Source of the DNA: Candidatus Bathyarchaeia archaeon
GTDB lineage: Archaea > Thermoproteota > Bathyarchaeia > Bathyarchaeales > Bathycorpusculaceae
Direction of reading: 5' to 3'
DNA length: 64,000 nt
NCBI GenBank assembly: GCA_038727135.1
Contig: JAVYWL010000001.1
Coordinates: forward strand, 288,001 to 352,000
Shown here: in pieces, positions 48,236 through 58,191 of the stretch
How the letters are laid out: every line of letters starts with the position of its first letter
Position numbering within the stretch: the first letter of the stretch is position 1
Notes under the pieces: generated by a model
Told to the model about the DNA's origin: nothing
Databases searched by the model: none
What the model saw: the letters and a program-made list of their open reading frames with translations, nothing else
Position numbers and translations under genes: made by a program

Positions 48236-48726
48236 TAGACTTCCTCCACAGTTGCTTCTGGTTGCTCTTCCAAGGCTAGTTCAATATGAGTTAGAGTTTC
48301 AAATTTTGGTGTGGCTCTTCCAAAAGCCCTAGGCATGTACCTCCTAATCTTCATTCCAGGATAAGCCGAAGCATGGATTATTTTGAGTCTTTCCGTGTCT
48401 AATCCCTTGTTTTCAGCGTTGGCTTCCGCTCCTTCAAGAATCTTTAGAATTTGCTTCGCCGCTTTTACTGGGTATCTGCCAGCATAAGCCTTTTCCAGTC
48501 CGTGGCGGTGGGCGGCCTTCTTCTTAAACCTTGTGAAGGGGACAGCCTTCTTCTTGGCTATAACATCTCTCAAAAACTTTTTGGCTTCTGTAAGCATCAT
48601 GCCCTTTATTGCGTTACATACTTCGCGGGCGGATTTATGGGATACCCTAACCTCTCGCCCGCTTGCCTTAACCGTTTTCTCAGGGTCTAATGCTTCTTCT
48701 GGTATGGAGTATCCCCATTTTGGCAC
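48235..48726 (-). CDS. rpl22: 50S ribosomal protein L22
   Basis: GTG start (PKWGYS), VSHKSAREVC, GRYPVKAA, PRAFGRA. Confidence 0.95.
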   Translation of the reverse strand: MPKWGYSIPEEALDPEKTVKASGREVRVSHKSAREVCNAIKGMMLTEAKKFLRDVIAKKKAVPFTRFKKKAAHRHGLEKAYAGRYPVKAAKQILKILEGAEANAENKGLDTERLKIIHASAYPGMKIRRYMPRAFGRATPKFETLTHIELALEEQPEATVEEV

Positions 48727-48947
48727 TCGATAGACTCTCCAACTGTGCAATTGAACAGCTACATGGCGGTTTATATGGTTTTCCATAAACCAGTACATTC
48801 CAAAGTTCGCCTAACACCACAAAACCTACATTTCTTCACAATTAAGTGAATCTGGTCCGTAGGTGTCCTGCCCAAAACCGTTTCACAAATCTTCGATGCG
48901 TTTATGTTTAACCAAGACTTTATTGACATCAAAATGGTGAATCCCCG

Positions 48948-50018
48948 ATGAAAAAGAACGAACATATTACAATGCTGCACGGCGCCGGCGGGACAGTCAT
49001 GCACGACCTCATTAAAAACTACATTTTAAAATACTTTGGCGGCACGGAAAACGCGCGTTTTGAAGTCCCTCTTGAGGCTTTAGATGATGCTGCAGTTGTT
49101 GGCGACATTGTTTTGAAAAGCGACTCCCACGCCGTTAAGCCAATCTTCTTCCCGGGCGGGGACATTGGACGTTTGGCTGTTTCAGGCACTGTTAACGATA
49201 TTGCTGTTTTAGGAGCTGAACCATACGCTTTGGCTTGCGGTTTCATTTTAGAGGAGGGCCTACCCCTAACAGATTTTGAAAAGATTCTTGCCAGCATGCG
49301 GCAAACATGCCGAGAAGCAAATGTAAGCATCGTTACGGGTGACACAAAAGTCATCGAGAAAGGAAGTCTAGGCGGCTGTGTAATTAACGTGTCTGGAATT
49401 GGAAGGAGAACAGAAGCCTTAGAAAAGAATTTGGCTGTTATTAAACGGTTCAGAAACAACTTTAAGGCTCGTTGGATTCTTGATTCAAACCTCAAGCCCG
49501 GAGACAAAATAATATTGTCCGGGACAATAGGCGACCATGGTTTGGCGGTCTTATCAGCTCAAGAGGGCTTTAGCTTTAGAAGTGGCATAAAATCTGATGT
49601 TAAGCCCCTAAACCGCCTCATTCAGCGTTTGTTAGGCGAGGTTGGCGGCATAGTTGCCATGAAAGACCCAACACGAGGCGGGTTGGCAGACGCCTTAAAC
49701 GAGTTCAGCGAAAAATCAAAAGTGGGCATACTAATCCACGAAGAAAAAATTCCAATAAAGGACGACGTAAGAGCGGCATGTGAAATGTTGGGCTTAGACC
49801 CGCTCGAAGTCGGCAACGAAGGAAAAATAGTTATAGGCGTGTTGAGGGAGAAAGCTGAAGAAGTTTTACAATTCTTAAAAGCCACAGAAGAGGGCAAGGA
49901 AGCAGAAATCATAGGCGAAGCAACAAGCACCTTCAACGGAGTAGCCATGCAAACAGTGGTCGGCGGAAAAAGGATAATAGCAAGACCGTTAGGCGACCCG
50001 ATTCCAAGAATATGCTAG
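48948..50018 (+). CDS. hypE: hydrogenase maturation protein HypE
   Basis: HGAGG, PIFFPGGDIGRLAVSGTVND, MKDPTRGG, C-terminal PRIC. Confidence 0.96.
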   Translation: MKKNEHITMLHGAGGTVMHDLIKNYILKYFGGTENARFEVPLEALDDAAVVGDIVLKSDSHAVKPIFFPGGDIGRLAVSGTVNDIAVLGAEPYALACGFILEEGLPLTDFEKILASMRQTCREANVSIVTGDTKVIEKGSLGGCVINVSGIGRRTEALEKNLAVIKRFRNNFKARWILDSNLKPGDKIILSGTIGDHGLAVLSAQEGFSFRSGIKSDVKPLNRLIQRLLGEVGGIVAMKDPTRGGLADALNEFSEKSKVGILIHEEKIPIKDDVRAACEMLGLDPLEVGNEGKIVIGVLREKAEEVLQFLKATEEGKEAEIIGEATSTFNGVAMQTVVGGKRIIARPLGDPIPRIC

Positions 50019-50085
50019 CCTAATGGAAAGTCTTTTAACTAAACCGTGCCATAGATAAGGGGGCGCAGAGTAGAAGGGAAAATAT

Positions 50086-50706
50086 GTGAAAGTGAATTAT
50101 GTTGGCATTATCGGAGGCATACTAGCATTCATCAGCCTAGCACTACCATGGTGGACAATGAACATGTCTATTTCGGCAGGAGGAGAAATTCCTATTCCAG
50201 GTCCCTATTCGGTCGATATCTCAATTTACCCGTACAAGGGAACAGTGTCTGCATCTATAATGGGGATTCCCATTTCAATGGATATTTCTATAAATGTTTG
50301 GTACGGTTGGGCTGCTCTAGTTCTTGTCGTGGTGGGTGGTATATTGGGAATTTTGGGCAGCATAATATCTGGCAATAAAGTGATGCTGGTCGTTGGCGGA
50401 ATACTCGCCCTACTTTCAATCATAATCTTTGCAGCAGGACTACAGATAGAGCTTTCGCAAGGCATGTCAATACCACCACCAACGGGAACAGGCACACCAC
50501 TTCAACTGCCTGCGTTAGGCCTATTCTCCAGCGGATCTTTTGTTCTCATGGATGTACCAGTGAATTATTCGACTTATTTGTCCTTTGGGTTCTGGATCGC
50601 TCTGATTGCTGCAATCTTAATGTTCGTCGCTATGAGAAAAGCTGAAAAAGTTGCGCCGCCACCGACACCGGTGGAGGCCCCAGCGCCACCGCCTCCGCCG
50701 CCATAA
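50086..50706 (+). CDS. four-TM membrane protein with C-terminal polyproline tail
   Basis: LPWW after TM1, GFWIAL in TM4, ends APPPTPVEAPAPPPPPP. Confidence 0.75.
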   Translation: MKVNYVGIIGGILAFISLALPWWTMNMSISAGGEIPIPGPYSVDISIYPYKGTVSASIMGIPISMDISINVWYGWAALVLVVVGGILGILGSIISGNKVMLVVGGILALLSIIIFAAGLQIELSQGMSIPPPTGTGTPLQLPALGLFSSGSFVLMDVPVNYSTYLSFGFWIALIAAILMFVAMRKAEKVAPPPTPVEAPAPPPPPP

Positions 50707-50768
50707 TCTAGGCTACCATTTAACCCCTAATTTTTATATCTTATTATTAGGAAAAAGCGAGCTGAACG

Positions 50769-51080
50769 TTAGGTGTATTTTTTGCATGTGTAGCAGTACC
50801 ATCTTTGATATTGCGGAATATATGTTAATGGTCCTTTGCATGTCGGGCATGTCGGCTGCGTTTGCTCTGGTTTGAGAAGCACAAAATCTCCTACAGCTTG
50901 CACTTCATCCCATGGGATGTTTCTGCTCTCGCCCTTCTTGTCCTCCACATATAGGGATATGCCAGTTCTTCCAACAATGAACGAGACATCCTTAATCGTC
51001 CCAACTATGCGTCCCTCAGCATCTATAACTTGCATACCAATAAGCATGTCCTTAGTAACAGCCTTTTCCTGCTTATCCAT
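50769..51080 (-). CDS. PRC-barrel protein with C-terminal aromatic zinc ribbon
   Basis: LIGMQVIDAEGRIVGTIKDV...IPWDEVQAVGDFVLLK, then CPTCKGPLTYIPQYQRWYCYTCKKY. Confidence 0.85.
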   Translation of the reverse strand: MDKQEKAVTKDMLIGMQVIDAEGRIVGTIKDVSFIVGRTGISLYVEDKKGESRNIPWDEVQAVGDFVLLKPEQTQPTCPTCKGPLTYIPQYQRWYCYTCKKYT

Positions 51081-51213
51081 TTACATCATCCCTGTTGAAA
51101 GTTATTGTATCCTAAGAATTTAAATTTAATAAAAATTTTCCTATGCCATATCATAACGCGGGGAGCGCTTACCATTTAATCAAAAAAAATAATGGCTTAC
51201 CTAGTTTTCAACG

Positions 51214-51969
51214 CTATATTAACGGTGGTGGAGGTGGTGGGGGCGGAGGCAGTGGAATCGGTTGCCTTAAAGACAAATAGAAGTATACGGATGCCACCGT
51301 GAAAATAACATTAACTATCCACATTACTATTGGTCCAATGTAGACGCCCACAACCGGAATCAGCGTAAAGACAACACCAAAAATTATTGAAACTACAGCG
51401 ACTATGATTATGAAGATGATGACTTCACCTAAGTTTTTAATAACGAAATCAGCGGCGTGTTTTGTGCTTTGTATGGCGTCTGTCCCCTCTATTATGGCAA
51501 TGGTAATTATGAACAACGCCACGGGGATCAAGACAAAGGTTATGAAGCATATTGCTGAAATTATTGCTGCCAAAATTAATGTGCCAAATCTGCTAATGAC
51601 AAGGTTCAGACTCTTATCCAAATTCATTTGGCGTCCGTTTATAACATCATTGGCCATATCAACAATTACACAGCTGGCAATAAACCCGACTATGGATGCA
51701 ACGAAATAGCCTCCCCATAAAAGCCACACGTTTGGAACCGCCACTTCAGAGTAAGTGTAATATGGAGGATATGGTGCCCAATTGTAAACGCGATATCTTG
51801 CTGGAAAGACAACACAAGCCAAAATTACAAAGAGTAAATGAATTACCAAAGGGGCGAGCGCTGGGATGAAAAGACCCGGATTCCTTGTTATGATATCTAG
51901 GCCTTTTGAGATTGATTCTGTGGATTTTGACGAAGATGACATTCTAAATCCCTCATTATTGCGTTCCAT
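51214..51969 (-). CDS. multi-TM membrane protein with C-terminal polyproline tail
   Basis: Five to six hydrophobic helices; ends QPIPLPPPPPPPPLI. Confidence 0.75.
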   Translation of the reverse strand: MERNNEGFRMSSSSKSTESISKGLDIITRNPGLFIPALAPLVIHLLFVILACVVFPARYRVYNWAPYPPYYTYSEVAVPNVWLLWGGYFVASIVGFIASCVIVDMANDVINGRQMNLDKSLNLVISRFGTLILAAIISAICFITFVLIPVALFIITIAIIEGTDAIQSTKHAADFVIKNLGEVIIFIIIVAVVSIIFGVVFTLIPVVGVYIGPIVMWIVNVIFTVASVYFYLSLRQPIPLPPPPPPPPPLI

Positions 51970-52043
51970 GTTGTCCGGGTTGCTTTATTAGCTTTATCCA
52001 ACTTATGAAAGCCCGATAAAAAAATGGTCTCGTACTTTTTATG

Positions 52044-53159
52044 TTACAAGAAATTATTAGTTATATTTTGTTTGGTTGTTGATCTTGCCTTTGCCCAGAT
52101 GCTGCATGTTCCTTCTATGCTTACCATGCATGCACCCATAGGTTTCTGCGGAGTGCAAGCCTCCATGAATAATGGGCATTCTGTGGGCTTAATCTTGCCT
52201 ATCATTACAAGATGGCATTGGCATCCTGGCAATAGGTCCCTTCCACGGCTAATTTTTACTCCGAACTTCTTCCGTGCATCGTATACGCCATGTTCCTCCC
52301 TCAGTTTAAATGCTGATAATGGAAGTTTTCCTAAACCGCGCCACTCCCCGTCAACAATTTTGAATGCTTTATGCATTAGTTCTTGTGCCTTAGTATTGCC
52401 TTCCCAGCTTACAGCTCTAACATACTCGTTTTCTAACCGAGCTGCACCATCTTTGACTTGTCTTAAGACCATGTAAATGGCGAACAGAACATCTAATGGT
52501 TCAAATCCAGCCACAACGGTTGGCATACGGTAGGCTTTTGGAAACATTTCATATGCTTTCAAGCCTACGATAGTGCTTACGTGTCCAGGGGCGATGAAGC
52601 CGTCTATGTGAAGGTCTCCTATTCCAAGGAGAAGCTCCATTGCCGGTGGAATCAAACGGTGAGAAACCAGAAAGCTTAGGTTTTTTGGCGGCTTTTTCAG
52701 GATTTCTATGGCTGTTGATGGGGCTGTTGTTTCAAAGCCTATGGCGAAGAAGGCGAACTCTTTATCCGGCTCTTTTTCAGCCATAGTAACGGCGTCTAAT
52801 AGGCTGTAAACAACTCGGACATCGGCGCCTTCAGCTTTAGCATCCAACAACGATTTTTCAGAGCCCGGCACGCGGAGGACGTCCCCAAAGCATGTGACGA
52901 CAACACCTTTTAGGGCAAGCTGTATAGCCTCATCAATTTCAGAGGCTGGTGTGACGCATACTGGGCATCCTGGTCCGGCTATAACCTCAACATTTTGTGG
53001 TAGGAGGCTTCTCAGCCCAAAATGGGTTATTGTCCACTCATGGGTGCCGCACACATGGCATATTTTTACAATGTCACGTTTAGGGGCGATTTCATGGATT
53101 TTTTCAACAACACGCTTCGCTAATTCTGGGTCTCTAAGTTTTTTAAAATTCTCAAACAT
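52044..53159 (-). CDS. hypD: hydrogenase maturation protein HypD
   Basis: VCGTHE, GPGCPVC, GFETT, PGHVS, GACMVS. Confidence 0.96.
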   Translation of the reverse strand: MFENFKKLRDPELAKRVVEKIHEIAPKRDIVKICHVCGTHEWTITHFGLRSLLPQNVEVIAGPGCPVCVTPASEIDEAIQLALKGVVVTCFGDVLRVPGSEKSLLDAKAEGADVRVVYSLLDAVTMAEKEPDKEFAFFAIGFETTAPSTAIEILKKPPKNLSFLVSHRLIPPAMELLLGIGDLHIDGFIAPGHVSTIVGLKAYEMFPKAYRMPTVVAGFEPLDVLFAIYMVLRQVKDGAARLENEYVRAVSWEGNTKAQELMHKAFKIVDGEWRGLGKLPLSAFKLREEHGVYDARKKFGVKISRGRDLLPGCQCHLVMIGKIKPTECPLFMEACTPQKPMGACMVSIEGTCSIWAKARSTTKQNITNNFL

Positions 53160-53165
53160 TTTGGC

Positions 53166-53411
53166 TCATCGCAAATCATTTCGTTCCAGCTTTTCTTCAA
53201 CTTTTAAAATTTCGCTCCACAAGCGTAATGTTTCTTCGGCTTCTTCTTTGCTTAGCACTTGGATGGCATACCCGGCATGGACAAGCACGTAATCATCAAC
53301 TTTCACGTTTACGAGGCTTATGTCAACCTCTTTTATCAAGCCTCCTCCAAAATCAACTTTTGCGAAATTGCCTTGAACGCTCACAACCTTTGCGGGGATA
53401 GCCAAACACAT
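53166..53411 (-). CDS. hypC: hydrogenase chaperone HypC
   Basis: MCLAIPAKV, YVLVHAGYAI. Confidence 0.95.
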   Translation of the reverse strand: MCLAIPAKVVSVQGNFAKVDFGGGLIKEVDISLVNVKVDDYVLVHAGYAIQVLSKEEAEETLRLWSEILKVEEKLERNDLR

Positions 53412-53459
53412 CGTCATCCGCGGAAATAGCAAAACATACGCAGATAAATTGTTTATGGC

Positions 53460-55748
53460 TTAAGAAAACGTGAAACCAGCGGCAAAAGCTTGACCGAAGG
53501 ATAAACCGCCGTCACCAGGTGGAACTGCCTCGTGGACAAGGAATTTTAAGCCAGCAACCTCAACGGTTTCCCGCATAATTTCTACGAAAATTTCGTTGCA
53601 GGCAACCCCGCCAGAAAAACCAACCGTTTTCACGCCATTTTCTAAGGCTTTTTCTATGGCTAGTTCCGCCAAGCCCTTGGCTAGGTAGGCGTGGGCTGAG
53701 AAAGCCAAATCTTGTACTGCGCATCTTCCTCTGTTTTCAAATATTTCAAGCAACAGTTCAGTAGTGTTTAGGGTATCGCCTTCAATTATCGGCTTCATTT
53801 TAAGCTTGTCTCTTCCTTTCATGGCTGTTGATTCAAGTTTCATGGCTGGCTCACCCTCATACGTTCGCTCAAAACATACGCCCAAAACAGCTGCAACGGC
53901 ATCTAAAATTCTTCCGCAACTTGTTGTCCTAACTGTGCCGTGTTCCCTTTTCAACTGCTGAAGAATTAGTTGGACCTCTTCTTTGCCGTGAGGGAAATGC
54001 TTTTCATACTGCATAAGCCAGTCTTCCACATCCACCTTTTTGTATAGGATTCCGGCAGCCATTCTAAGCGGGTAGCGGGTAGCTAAGTCTGCGCCAAGCA
54101 TGGGCTGTTTTTCAAGATGGGCCAGACGCTTGAATTCCATTGAATCTTTTAAGCCCAGTATTATTTCGCCTCCCCATGCTTCACCGTCAACGCCATATCC
54201 ATAGCCATCACAGCAAACGCCCACAATTTCGGGTATGCCATGCTCAGCCATTAATGCCGCAACATGTGCATAGTGGTGTTGGATTTGGAAAAACTGCCAG
54301 CCGTTCTCCTCAGCCAAGTCTCGCGCAAGTTTTGTTGTTGTAAATTTTGGATGCAAATCGCATGCAACGACATTCACCCTACTGTTTGTTAAACGGATCA
54401 AGTGTTTGGCAGCACTTTCCAAGAAATCCCGCGTTTCTATGTTTTCCACATCGCCAATATGCTGGGATATGAAGGCTTTGTTGCCAAGCAAAACACAAGC
54501 GGTATTGTTAAGCTCACCACCCAAAGCCAAAACACATTTTTCAGCTTTTTCCCTTAAAATCACCGGGGCCGGTGCATAACCCCTCGAACGCCTAATAAAA
54601 ACAAGTTTTTCACCGTGGACTCGCACAACGGAGTCGTCGCACCTGTGGGCTATCCGCCTATTATGAAAAAGGAAGTAGTCAACAATGTCGCCTAGCGTTT
54701 TTAGGGCCTCATCATCGTCTTTAACTATGGGTTGATTTGGCGGGTTGGCACTTGTCATAACAAAGGCTGGTTCGTCCACACCATCAAACAGCATATAATG
54801 CAACCCTGTGTAAGGAAGCATAACGCCAACATTATGCAAGCCGGGAGCGATCAAATTTGAAAGGTAGTATTTGCTGCTCTTTTTCAAAAGCACTATTGGA
54901 CGCGTATATGAAGTTAAAAGCTCGGCTTCTTTTGGGCTTACTTCGGCAAAGGAACGCACAGCTTCAAGGCTTGGCGCCATAATGGCGAAGGGCTTCTGCC
55001 TCCTATGCTTTGCCTTTCGAAGCCTTATTAAGGGCTCATCCTTCGTTGTTGCAGCCGCCACATGAAAGCCGCCATACCCTTTGATGGCAACAATAAAGCC
55101 TTCAGCAAGCAGTTTGCCCGCCTCTCTTATTGGGTCGTCGGTGGCGACTAGCTCGCCTCTGCTTGTAGTTAAGCAAACTTTTGGACCACACTTTGGGCAA
55201 GCCACAGTCTGCGCGTGGAAACGTCTATTCAACGGGTCTTTGTACTCTTTTTGACAGAAGCCGCACATGGGAAAATCCCGCATGGTTGTGTTTCCTCTGT
55301 CATAGGGAAGTCGCTCAATAATCGTGTATCTTGGACCACAGTCCGTACACGTTATAAAAAAATAGTCATATCTCGGATTGCTTCTCTCCCTCAATTCTTT
55401 TAGGCATTCATCACATATGGCTACGTCCGGCGGGATAACAGAGCCCGAAAGCTCGGACTCTTCAGAGCTTTTCTCGATTGTAAAGCTTGTATACTGGTTT
55501 TCACCTTCAAGTTTTAATGTTATAATTTCGTGAATATGCGCCAATGGCGGCTTCTTTTCCCTCAAATCCCTTAAGAAACTGTTTATGGCATTTTCTTCAC
55601 CTTCCAAAAGAATTTCAACGCCTGCATCACCCATGTTTCTAACATAGCCTTTCAAGCCATTTTTCACGGCTATGCGGTATACGAAGGGGCGGAATCCAAC
55701 CCCTTGGATTATGCCGGTAACCCTAACTTTTACTCGCACATCGTCCAT
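53460..55748 (-). CDS. hypF: carbamoyltransferase HypF
   Basis: QGVGFRPF, two zinc fingers, RRSRGYAP, QHHYAH, PGDGGLSFGQ. Confidence 0.97.
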   Translation of the reverse strand: MDDVRVKVRVTGIIQGVGFRPFVYRIAVKNGLKGYVRNMGDAGVEILLEGEENAINSFLRDLREKKPPLAHIHEIITLKLEGENQYTSFTIEKSSEESELSGSVIPPDVAICDECLKELRERSNPRYDYFFITCTDCGPRYTIIERLPYDRGNTTMRDFPMCGFCQKEYKDPLNRRFHAQTVACPKCGPKVCLTTSRGELVATDDPIREAGKLLAEGFIVAIKGYGGFHVAAATTKDEPLIRLRKAKHRRQKPFAIMAPSLEAVRSFAEVSPKEAELLTSYTRPIVLLKKSSKYYLSNLIAPGLHNVGVMLPYTGLHYMLFDGVDEPAFVMTSANPPNQPIVKDDDEALKTLGDIVDYFLFHNRRIAHRCDDSVVRVHGEKLVFIRRSRGYAPAPVILREKAEKCVLALGGELNNTACVLLGNKAFISQHIGDVENIETRDFLESAAKHLIRLTNSRVNVVACDLHPKFTTTKLARDLAEENGWQFFQIQHHYAHVAALMAEHGIPEIVGVCCDGYGYGVDGEAWGGEIILGLKDSMEFKRLAHLEKQPMLGADLATRYPLRMAAGILYKKVDVEDWLMQYEKHFPHGKEEVQLILQQLKREHGTVRTTSCGRILDAVAAVLGVCFERTYEGEPAMKLESTAMKGRDKLKMKPIIEGDTLNTTELLLEIFENRGRCAVQDLAFSAHAYLAKGLAELAIEKALENGVKTVGFSGGVACNEIFVEIMRETVEVAGLKFLVHEAVPPGDGGLSFGQAFAAGFTFS

Positions 55749-55789
55749 CTCTTGAAGTTAATTGACATTTAAGACGCTGGTTTAAAGTT

Positions 55790-56533
55790 TCACCCTTCAG
55801 ACTCCTTCCACAAATAGTTGAAATAGTCTTTTGCCAGTGCCGCCAAGCCAGGATGGTCTGACCATATAGCGCTTATTTCGCCTCTTTCATCACTGAAGAG
55901 CAGCAAAACCTCGCTGCAGTCGGATATGGCGCCGCCGCCAAACATTTTTGTTCGGCATCGAACCTCGCCGATTTTTGAAAGCATCCTATATACATTTTCG
56001 TTTAGTCCCTTTAGCATCATGAAGCGAACCTGCACCTTTTCTTCGATAAAAGAATGAAGCAACTGGTAAAAGTCCATTAAAAACTCTTCCTTGACAAATG
56101 GCAAGGCTATGAGCATTTCCTGCCTGCACTTTTTTGCCATTTCCTTAAACTTTGAAAATATGTTCAGCGCGCCTCTCAGAATCCAAACGTCATATTTCTC
56201 CTTTGTTTTAAGCTTCTCGTAAATAGGGAGTAGCTCATCAGTTATTGTTTTCTCGATTTGCAACCACTCATTTTCAAAGGCTACCTTCGCCGCTTTTAGG
56301 GCTGTTTCAGGCGATTTTGGAAAATACTTACTCGGTCTTTTTCTTTCCGATTCTATCCAGCCCTTCTTTTCGAGACTGTTTAGGACTTGGTAAACTTTGG
56401 AGTAGGGTATCTGCGCCCCGTAGCTTATCTGTTTAGCTGTCAGCGCGCCTTTCTCTAGAAGGAGCAAGTATGCGTCTGCCTCATAGTCTGTTAATCCAGC
56501 CTTTCTGAGCAATGCCCTTGTTTTCTCGCTCAT
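55790..56533 (-). CDS. TrmB family transcriptional regulator
   Basis: GLTDYEADAY, IPYSKVYQVLNSLEKKGWI, C-terminal effector domain ending FNYLW. Confidence 0.9.
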   Translation of the reverse strand: MSEKTRALLRKAGLTDYEADAYLLLLEKGALTAKQISYGAQIPYSKVYQVLNSLEKKGWIESERKRPSKYFPKSPETALKAAKVAFENEWLQIEKTITDELLPIYEKLKTKEKYDVWILRGALNIFSKFKEMAKKCRQEMLIALPFVKEEFLMDFYQLLHSFIEEKVQVRFMMLKGLNENVYRMLSKIGEVRCRTKMFGGGAISDCSEVLLLFSDERGEISAIWSDHPGLAALAKDYFNYLWKESEG

Positions 56534-56613
56534 GGTTTTAGAGTAATACTTTTCACCCTATTAAAATTATGGAAAATTTAATATAACCACAAGCCAAGAC
56601 CATAGACCATAAC

Positions 56614-58164
56614 ATGGCGATGGAAATGTCAAAACTGCAACAGCGAGAAGAAGAGGTAAAGTTTGAATCTTATTCAACGAGCCTATGCCCAGAGTGTCTA
56701 AACAAGGTTCCCATGAGAATTTATGAGGAAAACGGCGTAATCTATCTTGAGAAGACCTGCCCCGAGCATGGAAAGTTTGAAGATGTCTACTGGGGAGACG
56801 CTGAACTTTTCAAGTGGATTTACAGGGAATGGTATAACGCCAAATATCTTGGAAACGGTTTAGAAAACCCTCACACAAAAATTGTTAAGGGATGCCCCTA
56901 CGACTGCGGCTTATGCACACAACACAAATCCTACACGGTTCTGGGTATAATAGACGTCACAAACCGCTGCAACATGGCTTGTCCAGTCTGTTTCGCTTAT
57001 GCTGGCGCGGTCAACTATGTTTATGAACCAACATACCAGCAGATTGTGGATATGATTAAACTGCTTAGAAACAACAAGCCTTGGGCGTGTAATGCCCTCC
57101 AGTTCAGCGGAGGTGAACCAACCATAAGAAATGATCTACCACAGCTTATCGCGGAAGCTAAAAAGGCTGGGGTAGAGCATGTGGAGGTGAACACTAACGG
57201 CTTGCGCCTCGCAGAGGACATAGATTACTTCAAAAAGCTTTTAGATGCTGGCATGAGCACACTTTACCTCCAGTTTGACGGTTTAAGGGAAGAAATCTAC
57301 AAGAAAACAAGAGGAAGAACAGACCTCGTTCAAATCAAGCATAAGGTTTTGGAAAATGCCAGAAAAATAGGCTTAGACTCAATAGTTTTGGTCGTCACTC
57401 TTGCAAGAGGCGTAAACGACAAAGACCTCGGCAGCATAATACGCTATGCTGTTGAAAATCACGATGTTGTAAGATGCATTAACATTCAGCCCATTTCCAT
57501 GGCTGGAAGAGCCCGCAAAGACGAAATGCGAAAAATGCGCATAACAGTGCCAGACACCATCAAACTGATAGAGGAACAGACAAACGGAATTATCACACGT
57601 TGGGATTGGCGCCCAGTCAACTGGCCCGTCCCAATCTCCAAAGGCATGGGTGTTGTGAAAAATAGAGTTTATCCAGAGTTTACTATGCATCCCATGTGTG
57701 GGGCAGCAACATTCATTGTTGTTGAAAAAGATGGCTCCTACAAGCCTATTACGCAGTATGTGGACGTTGACCGCTTCGCCGAAATTTTCTGGAACATTTA
57801 TTATTCTGGCGTTAAGGGCAAAAAGACAATGGCGAAAATGAAAATGTTGGAACTACTGCCCCTAGTGAAGTCGCCACTTGTCAGAGGCTTGCTTAAAGAT
57901 GTTATAACTAAGGGAAGTTATGAAGCACTTGGAAGATTCATGCGGAAAATAATAATGATTGGAATAATGCACTTCATGGACGTCTGGAACTTTGACCTAG
58001 ACCGTGTTCAAAGATGTGTCATACACTATGCAACCCCTGACGGCAAGGTTAGACCCTTCTGCACATACAACAGCATACATAGGAATAGCGTGGAAAAACA
58101 GTTCGCCATCTCTGTCAGCAAGTGGACTGAAAAGTTTGGTAAGAAATTAAGCGAGCCAGTTTAG
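56614..58164 (+). CDS. tes: tetraether lipid synthase (Tes/GDGT-MAS, MJ0619 family radical SAM)
   Basis: SLCPEC...KTCPEHG, GCPYDCGLC, CNMACPVC, HPMCG, RCVIHYATPDG...PFCTYN; 516 aa. Confidence 0.85.
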   Translation: MAMEMSKLQQREEEVKFESYSTSLCPECLNKVPMRIYEENGVIYLEKTCPEHGKFEDVYWGDAELFKWIYREWYNAKYLGNGLENPHTKIVKGCPYDCGLCTQHKSYTVLGIIDVTNRCNMACPVCFAYAGAVNYVYEPTYQQIVDMIKLLRNNKPWACNALQFSGGEPTIRNDLPQLIAEAKKAGVEHVEVNTNGLRLAEDIDYFKKLLDAGMSTLYLQFDGLREEIYKKTRGRTDLVQIKHKVLENARKIGLDSIVLVVTLARGVNDKDLGSIIRYAVENHDVVRCINIQPISMAGRARKDEMRKMRITVPDTIKLIEEQTNGIITRWDWRPVNWPVPISKGMGVVKNRVYPEFTMHPMCGAATFIVVEKDGSYKPITQYVDVDRFAEIFWNIYYSGVKGKKTMAKMKMLELLPLVKSPLVRGLLKDVITKGSYEALGRFMRKIIMIGIMHFMDVWNFDLDRVQRCVIHYATPDGKVRPFCTYNSIHRNSVEKQFAISVSKWTEKFGKKLSEPV

Positions 58165-58191
58165 ATAAACGCCAAAAAGAAAAAGGGAAGG

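Noticed and set aside
48771-48929. 52-aa minus-strand ORF with CRFC between rpl22 and hypE
   Set aside because: Only one CxxC, overlaps the likely promoters of both flanking genes, no RBS
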